A program made the position numbers and the translations under genes. A stretch of 37,421 nt of DNA from Syntrophales bacterium (GTDB lineage: Bacteria > Desulfobacterota > Syntrophia > Syntrophales > UBA8958): the NCBI GenBank assembly GCA_023231165.1, contig JALNVY010000003.1, forward strand, positions 1-37,421. Direction: 5' to 3'. The notes beneath the pieces were generated by a model. The model was given only the letters and a program-made list of their open reading frames with translations, had not been told where the DNA came from and searched no databases. Shown here in pieces: positions 1-9,532 of this stretch (its first letter is position 1; each line of letters opens with the position of its first letter).

Positions 1-22
1 CGCGCCGCCGCGTTAGTTTCAT
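1..22 (-). CDS. 5' end of a host gene running off the window (MKLTRRR..., possible twin-arginine signal)
   Basis: ATG at 22 with an AAGGA SD-like sequence upstream; only 7 codons visible. Confidence 0.35.
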
Positions 23-117
23 CGCCTGTGTCCTTTTGACTCCTTCAACTCAAGCCGTCCACCATTTTCGGACAGTCGCCACAGGAGTAAAGCATGACGT
101 GCTATGCCTCCTCCTGT

Positions 118-123
118 GGCCAT
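118..123 (+). repeat. 6-bp target-site duplication, left copy
   Basis: GGCCAT immediately before the terminal TG. Confidence 0.85.
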
Positions 124-164
124 TGTGGCCGCGTGAGATAAGCCAACCCCAGTAATTGCGATAA
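124..164 (-). repeat. Terminal inverted repeat, methyltransferase end
   Basis: Reverse complement reads TTATCGCAATT-N12-TTATCTCAC-GCGGCCACA, the same blocks and spacing as 37173-37213. Confidence 0.9.
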
Positions 165-173
165 ATCGCTTCC

Positions 174-209
174 CAAATCCTTTTGATTGTATCAAATATC
201 TTTTGATTG
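174..209. repeat. Subterminal repeats (CTTTTGATTG twice; palindrome ATCAAA-N5-TTTGAT at 191-207)
   Basis: Same palindrome at 37102-37118 and 36240-36256. Confidence 0.65.
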
Positions 210-210
210 C

Positions 211-978
211 CTATCCAAAATTCCTAATTAAAAGTTCATTAACCTGCTTCTTTCGGTTTGCTCCTCCGGCAGAATAGGATGTTTCTACCGCCTCGATTTT
301 GAAATCCTTGTATAGATCCCGGATCTCCTCAGCATCGTTTATTGACATGATAAACCGACCATTGATCTGGGTCAGAATGTCTCTAATCTTTGTGAAGTCG
401 GCACGTTTGAATATCTCGCGGCCATAATAATCCTCGTACCCGTAATATGGGGGATCGACATAGAAAAATGTGTCTGGCTTATCAAATCGTTGAATGATTG
501 CATCGTATGGCCGGTTCTCGATATATACTCTGGAAAGACGAAGGTGGACAGCTGAAAGCTCTTCCTCAATTCTCAACAGGTTCAGACGCGGCCGCTGGGT
601 AGTGACGATCGACCACGATGGATTTTCAATGCGCGCTGCATATCCCGATTTCAATAAATAGTAGAATCGAACGGCCTTTTGGATATCCGTCAATGTCTCC
701 GGGTTCTCAAGTTTAAAGCGCTCGAACTCATCCCTGGCCACGAGAATCCACTTCAGATACCGGATGAACTCCTCCAGATGAAGCTTTACGACTCGATACA
801 GAGTAACGAGGTCGGTATTAATATCGTTAATGATTTCTACTTCCGACTCTTCCTTTTTGAAAAATACCCAGGCAGCACCGGCAAATACTTCACAATAGCA
901 ATTATGCTTGGGTATCCTGGCAACGATTCTCTTGGCGAGCAGCGATTTGCCGCCCATGTACGCTAAAAAACTGTTCAT
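211..978 (-). CDS. D12-class N6-adenine DNA methyltransferase (Dam-like), mom position
   Basis: YMGGKS, EVFAGAAWV, NDIN and DPPY motifs; start re-called at 978 (MNSFLAY) behind a GAGGAGG SD. Confidence 0.92.
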   Translation of the reverse strand: MNSFLAYMGGKSLLAKRIVARIPKHNCYCEVFAGAAWVFFKKEESEVEIINDINTDLVTLYRVVKLHLEEFIRYLKWILVARDEFERFKLENPETLTDIQKAVRFYYLLKSGYAARIENPSWSIVTTQRPRLNLLRIEEELSAVHLRLSRVYIENRPYDAIIQRFDKPDTFFYVDPPYYGYEDYYGREIFKRADFTKIRDILTQINGRFIMSINDAEEIRDLYKDFKIEAVETSYSAGGANRKKQVNELLIRNFG

Positions 979-994
979 CGAGTTCCTCCTCAGA

Positions 995-1023
995 TTGCAA
1001 TGTGGGAGTAACCCTGCTATAAG
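995..1023 (+). promoter_or_regulatory. Sigma70-type promoter antisense to the late operon
   Basis: TTGCAA(995-1000)-17 bp-TATAAG(1018-1023) with extended -10 TG. Confidence 0.6.
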
Positions 1024-1039
1024 GCGCGCTGCTCGGTTC

Positions 1040-1118
1040 GCGGATGGTAGCGGGTTATCCCGTCTGGCGTTTGGTTCGCCTGGTCTGGGGAGGTGGTGCT
1101 CCCTGGAATGCCATCCGC
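1040..1118 (+). ncRNA. Candidate four-way-junction (cloverleaf) small RNA
   Basis: Closing stem GCGGAUGGUA/UGCCAUCCGC encloses three hairpins (GCGGG/CCCGU, GGCG/CGCC, UCUGGGGAG/CUCCCUGGA); G-U pairs favour the plus strand. Confidence 0.6.
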
Positions 1119-1121
1119 TCT

Positions 1122-1187
1122 TTATTGCCTGAGATATAGCCATGCGGCAATTAGAGCGGCTATTGTGAGTAGGATACCGTCAAACAT
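1122..1187 (-). CDS. 21-aa hydrophobic micro-protein MFDGILLTIAALIAAWLYLRQ
   Basis: Translated by hand; AAGGGTG SD-like sequence just after the upstream stop; single TM-like segment. Confidence 0.45.
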   Translation of the reverse strand: MFDGILLTIAALIAAWLYLRQ

Positions 1188-1195
1188 CGGCACCC

Positions 1196-1870
1196 TTAAT
1201 CAATCGCTGAGAAGTCCATGCTGATCTCATAGGTGACGGTCAGTTGCGCTCCATTGGGCACTGCCACCGTGGGGGAAAGGATGGAACGCTCCATGAGAAC
1301 AGTTCTGGCACCGTAGCTGGGGACATAAAATATGTTATTTATTCCCACCTCTTTGATGGTGATACTCCCTCCACTATTATTGTTAAATATTCTCGCCACA
1401 GTGGTTTTCCATGTCTGCGTTCCGGAGGTGTATGCCGATATTGCCGCTGCTTGTGCCACATGAGATAGTTGGCCGCTGCTTGTTCCATCCTCGATAGCTG
1501 CGGCAAGTGTGTACTGGTCAATATCGAAGGCCGTATCTGCCGTTCCGACGGATATGATCCCGATCTTTGCTTCGAACTGGCCGCTGGCATACTGTGCATG
1601 TACTCCGGCCGTGTTGTCTTTGAAGTTGGCATATCCAGCTCCAAATGTTGAATCTGCCAAAACCAGTGGTCCAACATTAAACCCGGCGTAAAACAGATTC
1701 CAGAAATTCCTCGTCCAGCTATGTCCTCTCTGGATATCATCGATAATCAGGATGCCATTCTTGTCATGTACTTTCAGACCGATCATGATTTCAGGTGGCG
1801 AGGGGACCTTGAGTTTCACGCATAAGGTTTTCAATTCTGCGTATTTTTTTTCTTCTGTTGGGTTTAACAT
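1196..1870 (-). CDS. Putative virion/tail-associated protein
   Basis: 224 aa, beta-rich, AAGGAG SD, last gene of the tail cluster. Confidence 0.6.
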   Translation of the reverse strand: MLNPTEEKKYAELKTLCVKLKVPSPPEIMIGLKVHDKNGILIIDDIQRGHSWTRNFWNLFYAGFNVGPLVLADSTFGAGYANFKDNTAGVHAQYASGQFEAKIGIISVGTADTAFDIDQYTLAAAIEDGTSSGQLSHVAQAAAISAYTSGTQTWKTTVARIFNNNSGGSITIKEVGINNIFYVPSYGARTVLMERSILSPTVAVPNGAQLTVTYEISMDFSAID

Positions 1871-1886
1871 TTCTTTTCTCCTTTAT

Positions 1887-4619
1887 TTATGCATCGGGAT
1901 ATGGATATTCCGCCGACTGCAATGATGCTGAGAAGTCGGAAGTATATCTTGCAATTCCTTTAGTGATACGGAGGTCGTCTATTATCCCGGCAAAACCAGA
2001 GCCCGCGCCGGAAGTATGCCCGATTCTTGTTGGGGTATCTTCTGCTAACAACGCCGCTGTCCCAATATCAGTCGTGCTACCAAGCACTCCATTAAGAAAG
2101 GCATAAACATTTGGTCCTGAGCGGCATATGGCAACATGTCCCCACGCCCACATGCCCAAATTACCGATAATGGCGCCATTAACTAAATCCCATGCAGTTG
2201 TTTCTGCCATGTACAATTTCAGATTCAGACCATCGTTGTAGGGTTCCACTATTGCGATAGGACTGGCTGCTGCAGTGGCACATTTGCCAAAAAGCCAACC
2301 TCCTGACGGCCAGGGTCCGACGTTATTTGCATACGCCCAAAATTCAACAGTAAAATCCCCGCTACCGAAATTCAAATCTGCATGGTTAGGCGTATAGATC
2401 CCGGAGTTACCATCAAAAAACCCGGCCGCATTACCAAATTTCTTTTCTGCTTGACGGGTAAGAGGTGTACCATACGGAGTCCATATCTTCTCGCTTTCAT
2501 CCGTAAAAACAGTACCGTCCGCTTCACCATTGAAATGGAGTAGCGATACGGTGTAATTCGTAACGTCGTCCGCCACTCCAAAGCATCGATGCACCCCGCT
2601 CTGCGATCCGGACGTGTCTATGAGTGCGCCTCCGGCGGTCAATGAAAGATTAAAATCATCGGTCGTCTTGTTGCGGACATAATACTTTCCGCCGGTTAGC
2701 CAATCACCGGGGGTCAATCCCGTGGGCAGCGCCCCCGTCGTCTTGAAAAAACACATATCGCCATTCGCCATCCCATGCCCGGCACAGGTGACCAGACCCG
2801 GCTCATCAATGGAGATCGTACATTCGCGGGAATTGTGGACGAGGGTTGAGACAGCCAGCGTCGGGACAGCGGGGACGGTCAGGGCGACGGGGGCGTGTTC
2901 TACCGGCGTCTCCTCGATTACGGACGCGGAGACGGATATCATGGGAACATCTGGAACGGTGAGTCGCAGAATCCCATCCCACGGCGTCGGAGCGACATGC
3001 GGGATCGCGGAGCGATAGAAGATTTGCAGCAGCCGGAAGGTGATTTTCCCGGACGCGAAGTCCGGCGCTACGGAGATCACCCGCCAGATATTATCAATCA
3101 GGGCGTTGCTTTCCTGATCGTAGAGGGCATCCGCGGAGTAGATAACTGCATCGCCGACGTCGAGGTGCATCCGCTTGAGCGTGATATCCTCAACCTCGAT
3201 CTCGTAGAGTGGCGAATTGAACTTGCCGACGATGGTGTCCTGGATCAATTGCACCGTCGTCAGATCCCGGCACCAATAGTGTTGATACGGGGTGCCTGGC
3301 TTCCGGATCCCGTAAATGCCTTGAGATATTCCGTCCGCATGGGCGGTGTCGTCGGTTTCGTGCCGGAACTCCTCCGCTGCATAATTATATCCATAATTCG
3401 CCGGGCATTGATTGATCACATTGACCAGGCGCAGGTTTGACTCGATCAGGGTCGTCTCCTGTTTAGGCAGAGTCGGCGGGGTGCCGGCGGAATATTGATC
3501 AATAGTGCCATCGTCGATCTCCAGGACCAACTGACCGGCGCCGTTGAGGTATGCCGAACCGAGGACCGAGGACATCATGGCGGTGATGATCTCCCAGAGC
3601 GTACCGTCCTGGCTGATCACGCCTCCGGCCACGTATCCCCATTTGTCGAATATCTGCGAGGCCTGCGCTTTTTTGCTCGCCTCAAATATAGCGGATGTAA
3701 AATCATTCTCCTCGGTTAGGAGATCATCAACCATATCGACGATGTTTGCGATCATTGTGCCACCGGCCAACGTGACCGGGAGGAATACTTTGCCCTTGCC
3801 CTTGGCCGTAATGACGTTTGTCCCCTGGTCCGCCGTGAATGTTACCGTGGCGATGTTCATGTTTTGCACATGGAGCGCAGGCGGGGGGACCGGCGGTTCA
3901 AAATCGTGTGATGGATTGAAAGTATAGTTCGCCGGATCCACCAGGATCCCGGCGGAATAGATGTTGATCGCGTTCCCGGTACCCAGTACCGGACTATCCG
4001 AAAAACAATAGACATGATTTACGATGTCGATGCAGGGGAGCGTCCAGACGCCCTCATCACCGTCTGAACAGTCCCCGTAAACAATCGGCAAAAGGTCAGC
4101 GGTGTTAAGCGGGTTCGCGTATTTCCCGGCCCGATGCAGATAATAAGTGTCGTCCAGAGTGACCCCGGACGGGCTGTTTGAGGATTTCTCATCCGCCTCG
4201 ATGCTCAAGACCGATAGGGCAGAGACTTCGGAAATCTTCCCCTGAAAAATGCTGATATGGTTCGCCACCGGCTCGTCTTCAAAGCCTATCCAGATGCTGA
4301 TTGGGCGCGACAGGAACGGCTCTTTCCCCAGAAGGATCGAAAAATACTTGTCCGCATTGTCCAACGCGACGGAGATATGCTGCTGCTGTTTGCGCGTGTA
4401 GGAGGCCAGGAGGTTGTCTTTTTTGGGGCCCAGGGTTCGTTCGAACGTCCCGAAATCCAGGACGCGGGGCAGACAACCCAAACTCCCGGCGATCGCCGCC
4501 ACGGTGATCGTCTTTTTCGCATACACCCGGTCGCCCAGGTGTGTCGCGATCTTCAGGTAGAGGATCGGGATCTCACCTCGGACAATGCGATTATGGGTTG
4601 CTATAGGGATGTGATACAT
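1887..4619 (-). CDS. Tail tip/receptor-binding protein with C-terminal LamG-like (concanavalin) domain
   Basis: 910 aa; C-terminal SLLHFNG...FGSGDFTVEFW...WGHVAICR...GIIDDLRITKG pattern; lies downstream of the tape measure gene. Confidence 0.75.
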   Translation of the reverse strand: MYHIPIATHNRIVRGEIPILYLKIATHLGDRVYAKKTITVAAIAGSLGCLPRVLDFGTFERTLGPKKDNLLASYTRKQQQHISVALDNADKYFSILLGKEPFLSRPISIWIGFEDEPVANHISIFQGKISEVSALSVLSIEADEKSSNSPSGVTLDDTYYLHRAGKYANPLNTADLLPIVYGDCSDGDEGVWTLPCIDIVNHVYCFSDSPVLGTGNAINIYSAGILVDPANYTFNPSHDFEPPVPPPALHVQNMNIATVTFTADQGTNVITAKGKGKVFLPVTLAGGTMIANIVDMVDDLLTEENDFTSAIFEASKKAQASQIFDKWGYVAGGVISQDGTLWEIITAMMSSVLGSAYLNGAGQLVLEIDDGTIDQYSAGTPPTLPKQETTLIESNLRLVNVINQCPANYGYNYAAEEFRHETDDTAHADGISQGIYGIRKPGTPYQHYWCRDLTTVQLIQDTIVGKFNSPLYEIEVEDITLKRMHLDVGDAVIYSADALYDQESNALIDNIWRVISVAPDFASGKITFRLLQIFYRSAIPHVAPTPWDGILRLTVPDVPMISVSASVIEETPVEHAPVALTVPAVPTLAVSTLVHNSRECTISIDEPGLVTCAGHGMANGDMCFFKTTGALPTGLTPGDWLTGGKYYVRNKTTDDFNLSLTAGGALIDTSGSQSGVHRCFGVADDVTNYTVSLLHFNGEADGTVFTDESEKIWTPYGTPLTRQAEKKFGNAAGFFDGNSGIYTPNHADLNFGSGDFTVEFWAYANNVGPWPSGGWLFGKCATAAASPIAIVEPYNDGLNLKLYMAETTAWDLVNGAIIGNLGMWAWGHVAICRSGPNVYAFLNGVLGSTTDIGTAALLAEDTPTRIGHTSGAGSGFAGIIDDLRITKGIARYTSDFSASLQSAEYPYPDA

Positions 4620-4620
4620 T

Positions 4621-5706
4621 TTATATGCTCTTCAAAACCTCGGTTAATTGCAGCGGCATATCGTAATAACTGATGGTATTATGTGTGTGCGGCCAGGAAA
4701 TCAGTTTTGCCAATATGACATCCGCCGGCGTGGCCGAATCCGCATTGAACCAGAACCGCTTGAAAACGCCGGTCGCTCGGCTTCCGAGGGCTGTAACAAA
4801 CGCCCGTTTGAGGGTCAGGTCCGCCGATGGCATACGCTCGAATTCATAGGTCAGGGCTTTGCTCTCGCTGTAAAATCTCTCGCGATCCACCCCGTAGGAG
4901 GTGGCATTAGCGTCCATCAAGAAGCCCGGCTCTTCGCCAAAACCTTCTCTGAAATTTTTGGATAACTCCATGTAGGAGCCGAGGAACAACTCCCCGATCT
5001 CGATATAGTCATCGGCATTATCGGTATCCTGGATCTTGAGCCGCGTATATGCCTTGGTGTAGGCTGTGGTGAGGTAATGAAGGATTTTCCCTGCGGCCCA
5101 GGTGACGGACTCCGATAACTCCGGCGCCCCCCCGACGCCACTGTCGAATGTGGCCGCCGCATCCGCCTGCAGGGTGATTGTCGCCGTGGAGGTCAGGTTA
5201 TGATCCCCAATAACCACGGCCTTGACCTGGGAGGCAACGGTGCTATGGATCGTGATGGTATTTTCGGCGTCCGAATCGTCCGAACGATAGCGGCTATCAC
5301 GGTCGAAATCCAGCATCTTGCCGGGATTATAGAGGTTGATGCCCTTGAAATACCATTTATCGCCGACCACAAAATCAGCTCCCGTGCCGCCTGCCCATTT
5401 TACTTTGAAACCATAACTCAATGAGATATCATCATCGTCCGTGGCTATCCCAGTGGCGGCCCAGGTTGCCCCGCCGTCGTAGGAAACCTTAAATGTCGAT
5501 GATCCGATTTCGCCAGTCCCCAATGCGTCTATCTCGACGACACACTCAAGATCGACCGCGCCCGTAAAGTCTCCGGACGGCGTTATCACCGCCGCCCCGG
5601 TTCCCTCTTTCAGGGCCGTCGTCACGACCCCCAGTTTCAGGGAGGAGACGGAAATCATGGATTCGGCAGTGATCAGATTATCGTAAAGAAAACGGCACTT
5701 TGCCAT
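4621..5706 (-). CDS. Tail protein (distal-tail-like position)
   Basis: 361 aa directly after the tape measure gene; YIEIGELFLG motif. Confidence 0.6.
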   Translation of the reverse strand: MAKCRFLYDNLITAESMISVSSLKLGVVTTALKEGTGAAVITPSGDFTGAVDLECVVEIDALGTGEIGSSTFKVSYDGGATWAATGIATDDDDISLSYGFKVKWAGGTGADFVVGDKWYFKGINLYNPGKMLDFDRDSRYRSDDSDAENTITIHSTVASQVKAVVIGDHNLTSTATITLQADAAATFDSGVGGAPELSESVTWAAGKILHYLTTAYTKAYTRLKIQDTDNADDYIEIGELFLGSYMELSKNFREGFGEEPGFLMDANATSYGVDRERFYSESKALTYEFERMPSADLTLKRAFVTALGSRATGVFKRFWFNADSATPADVILAKLISWPHTHNTISYYDMPLQLTEVLKSI

Positions 5707-8700
5707 TTAGTGCCCCCATGATTCGAGCTTTTTGAGCCGCGGATAAATCATATCGGCCAGCTCGTTGACAGCGTTCCTGTCTACCACAACGGCGTTTGGG
5801 AAATTAAAATTGATCGTCATCCTTTTACCGCCGCCACCTGTTTTGGTAGCGGTCATCCCGCTCGTGCTCCCAGATCCGCGCGCGGGACTTGCTCCCATAG
5901 ATTCATCAAATTGCGACTGCGGTATATTTGAGGGGATGAATGACGAACTTGCCGGAACAAAAGCCGCTGCTATGGATGCGGGTATTTGAGCACTTATGCT
6001 GGCAATCGCCGGGGCGATATATGCAGGAATCAAATCAGCGATTGACTGAACCGGATCCGCGACGGGAGCAGCACCAACTGAAAACATGCGGGTTATCTGA
6101 TCCTTTTCTGAAAGCCCTGTCTCCGTCAACGATTGTCCCGCCAATGATCCAAACATTCCTGCAATTCCGCCACCCCACAGCCGCTGGGCATTTTGCTCCT
6201 TGGTCAGTATTCCTTCGCCCTCGTGGGCATTGATCAGAGTGTTATCATTCTCAACATAAGCAAGTCCGTTTTTGGCCGAGATAATTTTTGATCCGGATAT
6301 GCCGGCAAATAACTTATTGAGAATATCCCCCGCTCCGCCGCCATCGCCTCCAAAGAGGGAGAGGGTCAACGCCCCGTTCAGGGCTGAGTCCCCAATTGAT
6401 CCCATACCGGCCCCCGGCGCGCCCTTATCCATTGACGCACTCAGGAGTGATTTAATCGCTATTCCGCCTACCATTTTTGCAATCTGGATGTTACTCATGC
6501 TCGACAGTTCAGGAGTGGTACTCAAATACGAGGAAACCGCCGCTGCCGCTGCCGCGATTGCCGCATTGGTAGGATTTATATTTTTGCCGCTGCTTTCGGC
6601 AAGTTGCTTGGCATAGGTATTTGCTGCTGCCCATGCCGCTGCTGCCGCCCAACCTGCGGGATTGGAGGCCATCATTACAGCGCCCGCCGCTTGTGGAACA
6701 TAACTTAATATTTTCGCTGTTCCTTCGATATTCGAGTCGATTCCTTCACCGATTGTCCGCCCCGTGGCAGCGATTGCCCCGCCGATCTGACCCTGGATAA
6801 GGTTGGTCATAAACCCGCCAAACCCGCTGTCTCCACTTAGATACGAGGCGTTTCGAGCGATAACCGCCGCCTTTTCTGATTCGCTGGCAGTTGCCCACCA
6901 TTGCACAGCAGCGGCATACTCTTCGTTGCCTCGCTGGGCGTACTCCACGCTGCTAACATCCTCTATCATCTGGCCGGTTAGCCAATCATACGTCATCGGC
7001 ACTACCGTGCCACCCGATGCATAACCCGGCGCTTTCCCAAACTTACGGATATGCTCCAGGATTTCTCTCGTATCTGCATTGACTCCAGTTCTTGGCACAA
7101 CAAACTCCCCGGGAGATAGCCATGCGGGGACTGTGTCATTCGCCGGAGAATCGCCACCAAATGCAGTACCGGGGACCATGCCACCGCCCGAAGCAGCAAA
7201 CAGTTCGTCTGCCGACCCAAACACAGTGCCGGCGGCGTCTGTCATTCCTCCACTATCAGAAGAAAAATAGGATGATAAATTGCTGGCCACCCCGGCATAA
7301 CCGAGGAGTTTATCAATAATCCCCAGCGTGGATTTGCCGTCGTCAGTCCAGTCTGGTTGCAAGAAAAGTATAATCTTTTGTTCAGCCATCTCCGTCGCGG
7401 ACTTAAAAAACGTCTGGCGCATCGTGTCCCAGATCGCCGTAGAGTAGTCGCTAATGCTTTTGAGATCCCCTTTGTAAGCGTCCTCAAAAACGTTGGAAAA
7501 CGTGGTGGCCATGCCGGAGGACATGGCCTGAAAGGTTGCCAGCCCAACGGAGCCCCACTTCTTTTGGGCCAGCTCGATTTCCCCAATCCCGGCCTTCATT
7601 CCCTCAAAGAAGTTGTCAGAGGATTTGCCTTTCTGGATATCCAGTTTTTTAAGTTCTTGAGTTCTCCATGTTGCGATTGCGACTTCAAACTTCGCCGCAT
7701 CCTCGGCACTGGTTTTTTCATCGATGAGGATATTTTCGTAATTCTCCGCCTGATCATCGATAAGGGCCTTTTCTACATCATAGTAATTGCCGGAATATTG
7801 CTCTAGATCCTTGTATAGGTTGCGCATTGCTGCCCGCCGATCTTCCGCCCTTTTTTTCGTATCGGCGGCGGCTTTCTCGTCCGCGGCCATCATGTCCGCC
7901 TGCTTCTTTTTTGTGTCATCCTCCCAGGATTTCAGGGCCTTTTTGTATGTGTCGTAGATCTCCTTGTTGACATTGATGAGCTTTTCTTTACGGAGTTCGG
8001 CAATCCGCACTTCAGAAACCCCGGCTTCCCTATATTTTTGAAATCCTGTTTCTATTTCAGCGGCCTTCCATTCAGAGAACGATCCCTCGTATTTTTTGCG
8101 GTCGACAATGGTCTTTTCCAGCTCCAGGGTGAGGTCCTTTTCGGCCTCTGCCTTTTTTTTGGCGGCGGCTTTAAAGGCCTTTTCTGTGTCCGAATGATAT
8201 TTCTGGTTGATCATGGTCCTTTGCGTCGCTGAATATTCCGCAATGGTCTTCTCGTCGACGCCTGCCAGTCTGTATTTGGCAATATTTGCCGCCAATAATT
8301 TCTCCGCACCCGCATAGGTGTCGTCGTTTTTCTTTTTGATGGCCGCCGCGGCCTCCTGGGTCAGCTCGATTATCTTCTTTGTCGCTTTTTCCTGGGCAGA
8401 CAGTTCCTTCGCCGGCGCGGACTGCGCGAGGTCCGCGTTCCTTGTCATCTGATTGTAGATTGCATCCTTTTGTGCCTTCACGTTCGCGCTTATCTTGTCC
8501 CATTCGCTCAGATGCTTTTCCGGACCCGCAGAGCCATAAAGCTCAGCCCCGAACTGCCCATATTCGGACATGTCGTTTTTGTTGGCGCCCGCAAAGGCGC
8601 CCTTTATCATCTTCGGGATCGCCATCGTCTTGTCGACAAAACCATACAGTTCGACGACGGACATTTTAAGCCCGCCAATAAATGCCTGGATGGGAGCGCC

Positions 8701-9531
8701 GGCGTTGCCGATCAGCTTCAATAAATCTGTGAATACGGGGATGACGGCATCACCGATAGCTGCCCGCGTTTCAAATAACGAATTATTGAACCTGTTGATA
8801 TCCGCCTGTCCGCCCTGGGCCGCCTCCATTGCAGCGGCGCCATATGTCTTGTGCAGTTGATCGGCAAGCTTCGGGAGGACGTCCTCGGACATCAACTCGC
8901 CATTTTCCATGTGCTTAAGGAGTTGCTGCGTGGACATCCCCATAGCCTCGGCGGTCAGCCTGACGGCGCCGGGGAGGCGCTCACCCAATTGGCCAGATAG
9001 CTCTTCAGCGGAGATCCGCCCCTTGCTCATCATCTGAGACATGGCCAGGAAAATCCCATTGGCATCATCGGTCTTGAGACGCAGTGCGGTTACAGCCTCG
9101 GAGACGCCGGAGAAGACCCTCTTTGCTCCCTCACCCTCCAGGGAGGTATTTTTAGTCGCGGCGGCAAACTTCCCGTACGCGAGGGACGTATCGCTCAGCA
9201 CCAGCCCCAGTCGATCGGACTCCTGGCGCACAAATTGGAACGCGGCGGCAGCGCCTGCCGCCGTACCGGCCACAGCTTTCATTGTTGACGTAATTCGCTC
9301 CATCTCCAATGAGGCATTAATAGCTTTACCGAGTTCGTAGCTCATGCCGGCAACAGCTACGGTTGCCGCAAGCCAGTGTGTTTTGAGTTCGTCTAGTGCT
9401 CTGTTCGCGCTGCCGACAGATGCCCCGGTCTTGCCCAGGGCTTGCTCTGCGTTATTTGCAAACTGCTTGATCACGACGGAGCCGTCGTCTTTGACGATTA
9501 ACTGAACGGCGATGGTGTTGATGTTGGCCAT
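5707..9531 (-). CDS. Tail tape measure protein
   Basis: 1274 aa, Ala-rich and helical; SQMMSKGRISAEEL..QLGERLPGA tape-measure domain; DTVPAWLSPGEFVV motif. Confidence 0.92.
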   Translation of the reverse strand: MANINTIAVQLIVKDDGSVVIKQFANNAEQALGKTGASVGSANRALDELKTHWLAATVAVAGMSYELGKAINASLEMERITSTMKAVAGTAAGAAAAFQFVRQESDRLGLVLSDTSLAYGKFAAATKNTSLEGEGAKRVFSGVSEAVTALRLKTDDANGIFLAMSQMMSKGRISAEELSGQLGERLPGAVRLTAEAMGMSTQQLLKHMENGELMSEDVLPKLADQLHKTYGAAAMEAAQGGQADINRFNNSLFETRAAIGDAVIPVFTDLLKLIGNAGAPIQAFIGGLKMSVVELYGFVDKTMAIPKMIKGAFAGANKNDMSEYGQFGAELYGSAGPEKHLSEWDKISANVKAQKDAIYNQMTRNADLAQSAPAKELSAQEKATKKIIELTQEAAAAIKKKNDDTYAGAEKLLAANIAKYRLAGVDEKTIAEYSATQRTMINQKYHSDTEKAFKAAAKKKAEAEKDLTLELEKTIVDRKKYEGSFSEWKAAEIETGFQKYREAGVSEVRIAELRKEKLINVNKEIYDTYKKALKSWEDDTKKKQADMMAADEKAAADTKKRAEDRRAAMRNLYKDLEQYSGNYYDVEKALIDDQAENYENILIDEKTSAEDAAKFEVAIATWRTQELKKLDIQKGKSSDNFFEGMKAGIGEIELAQKKWGSVGLATFQAMSSGMATTFSNVFEDAYKGDLKSISDYSTAIWDTMRQTFFKSATEMAEQKIILFLQPDWTDDGKSTLGIIDKLLGYAGVASNLSSYFSSDSGGMTDAAGTVFGSADELFAASGGGMVPGTAFGGDSPANDTVPAWLSPGEFVVPRTGVNADTREILEHIRKFGKAPGYASGGTVVPMTYDWLTGQMIEDVSSVEYAQRGNEEYAAAVQWWATASESEKAAVIARNASYLSGDSGFGGFMTNLIQGQIGGAIAATGRTIGEGIDSNIEGTAKILSYVPQAAGAVMMASNPAGWAAAAAWAAANTYAKQLAESSGKNINPTNAAIAAAAAAVSSYLSTTPELSSMSNIQIAKMVGGIAIKSLLSASMDKGAPGAGMGSIGDSALNGALTLSLFGGDGGGAGDILNKLFAGISGSKIISAKNGLAYVENDNTLINAHEGEGILTKEQNAQRLWGGGIAGMFGSLAGQSLTETGLSEKDQITRMFSVGAAPVADPVQSIADLIPAYIAPAIASISAQIPASIAAAFVPASSSFIPSNIPQSQFDESMGASPARGSGSTSGMTATKTGGGGKRMTINFNFPNAVVVDRNAVNELADMIYPRLKKLESWGH

Positions 9532-9532
9532 G

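Noticed and set aside
1040-1118. tRNA gene
   Set aside because: Cloverleaf topology only; arm sizes are wrong, with no T-loop consensus in the third arm and no CCA end
979-1143. 55-aa N-terminal extension of the methyltransferase in the ORF track
   Set aside because: No SD at 1143, strong SD at 978 where the family motif begins, and the extension overlaps the structured element
1196-4619. Diversity-generating retroelement or invertible tail segment
   Set aside because: No reverse transcriptase, invertase, template/variable repeat pair or flanking inverted sites noticed
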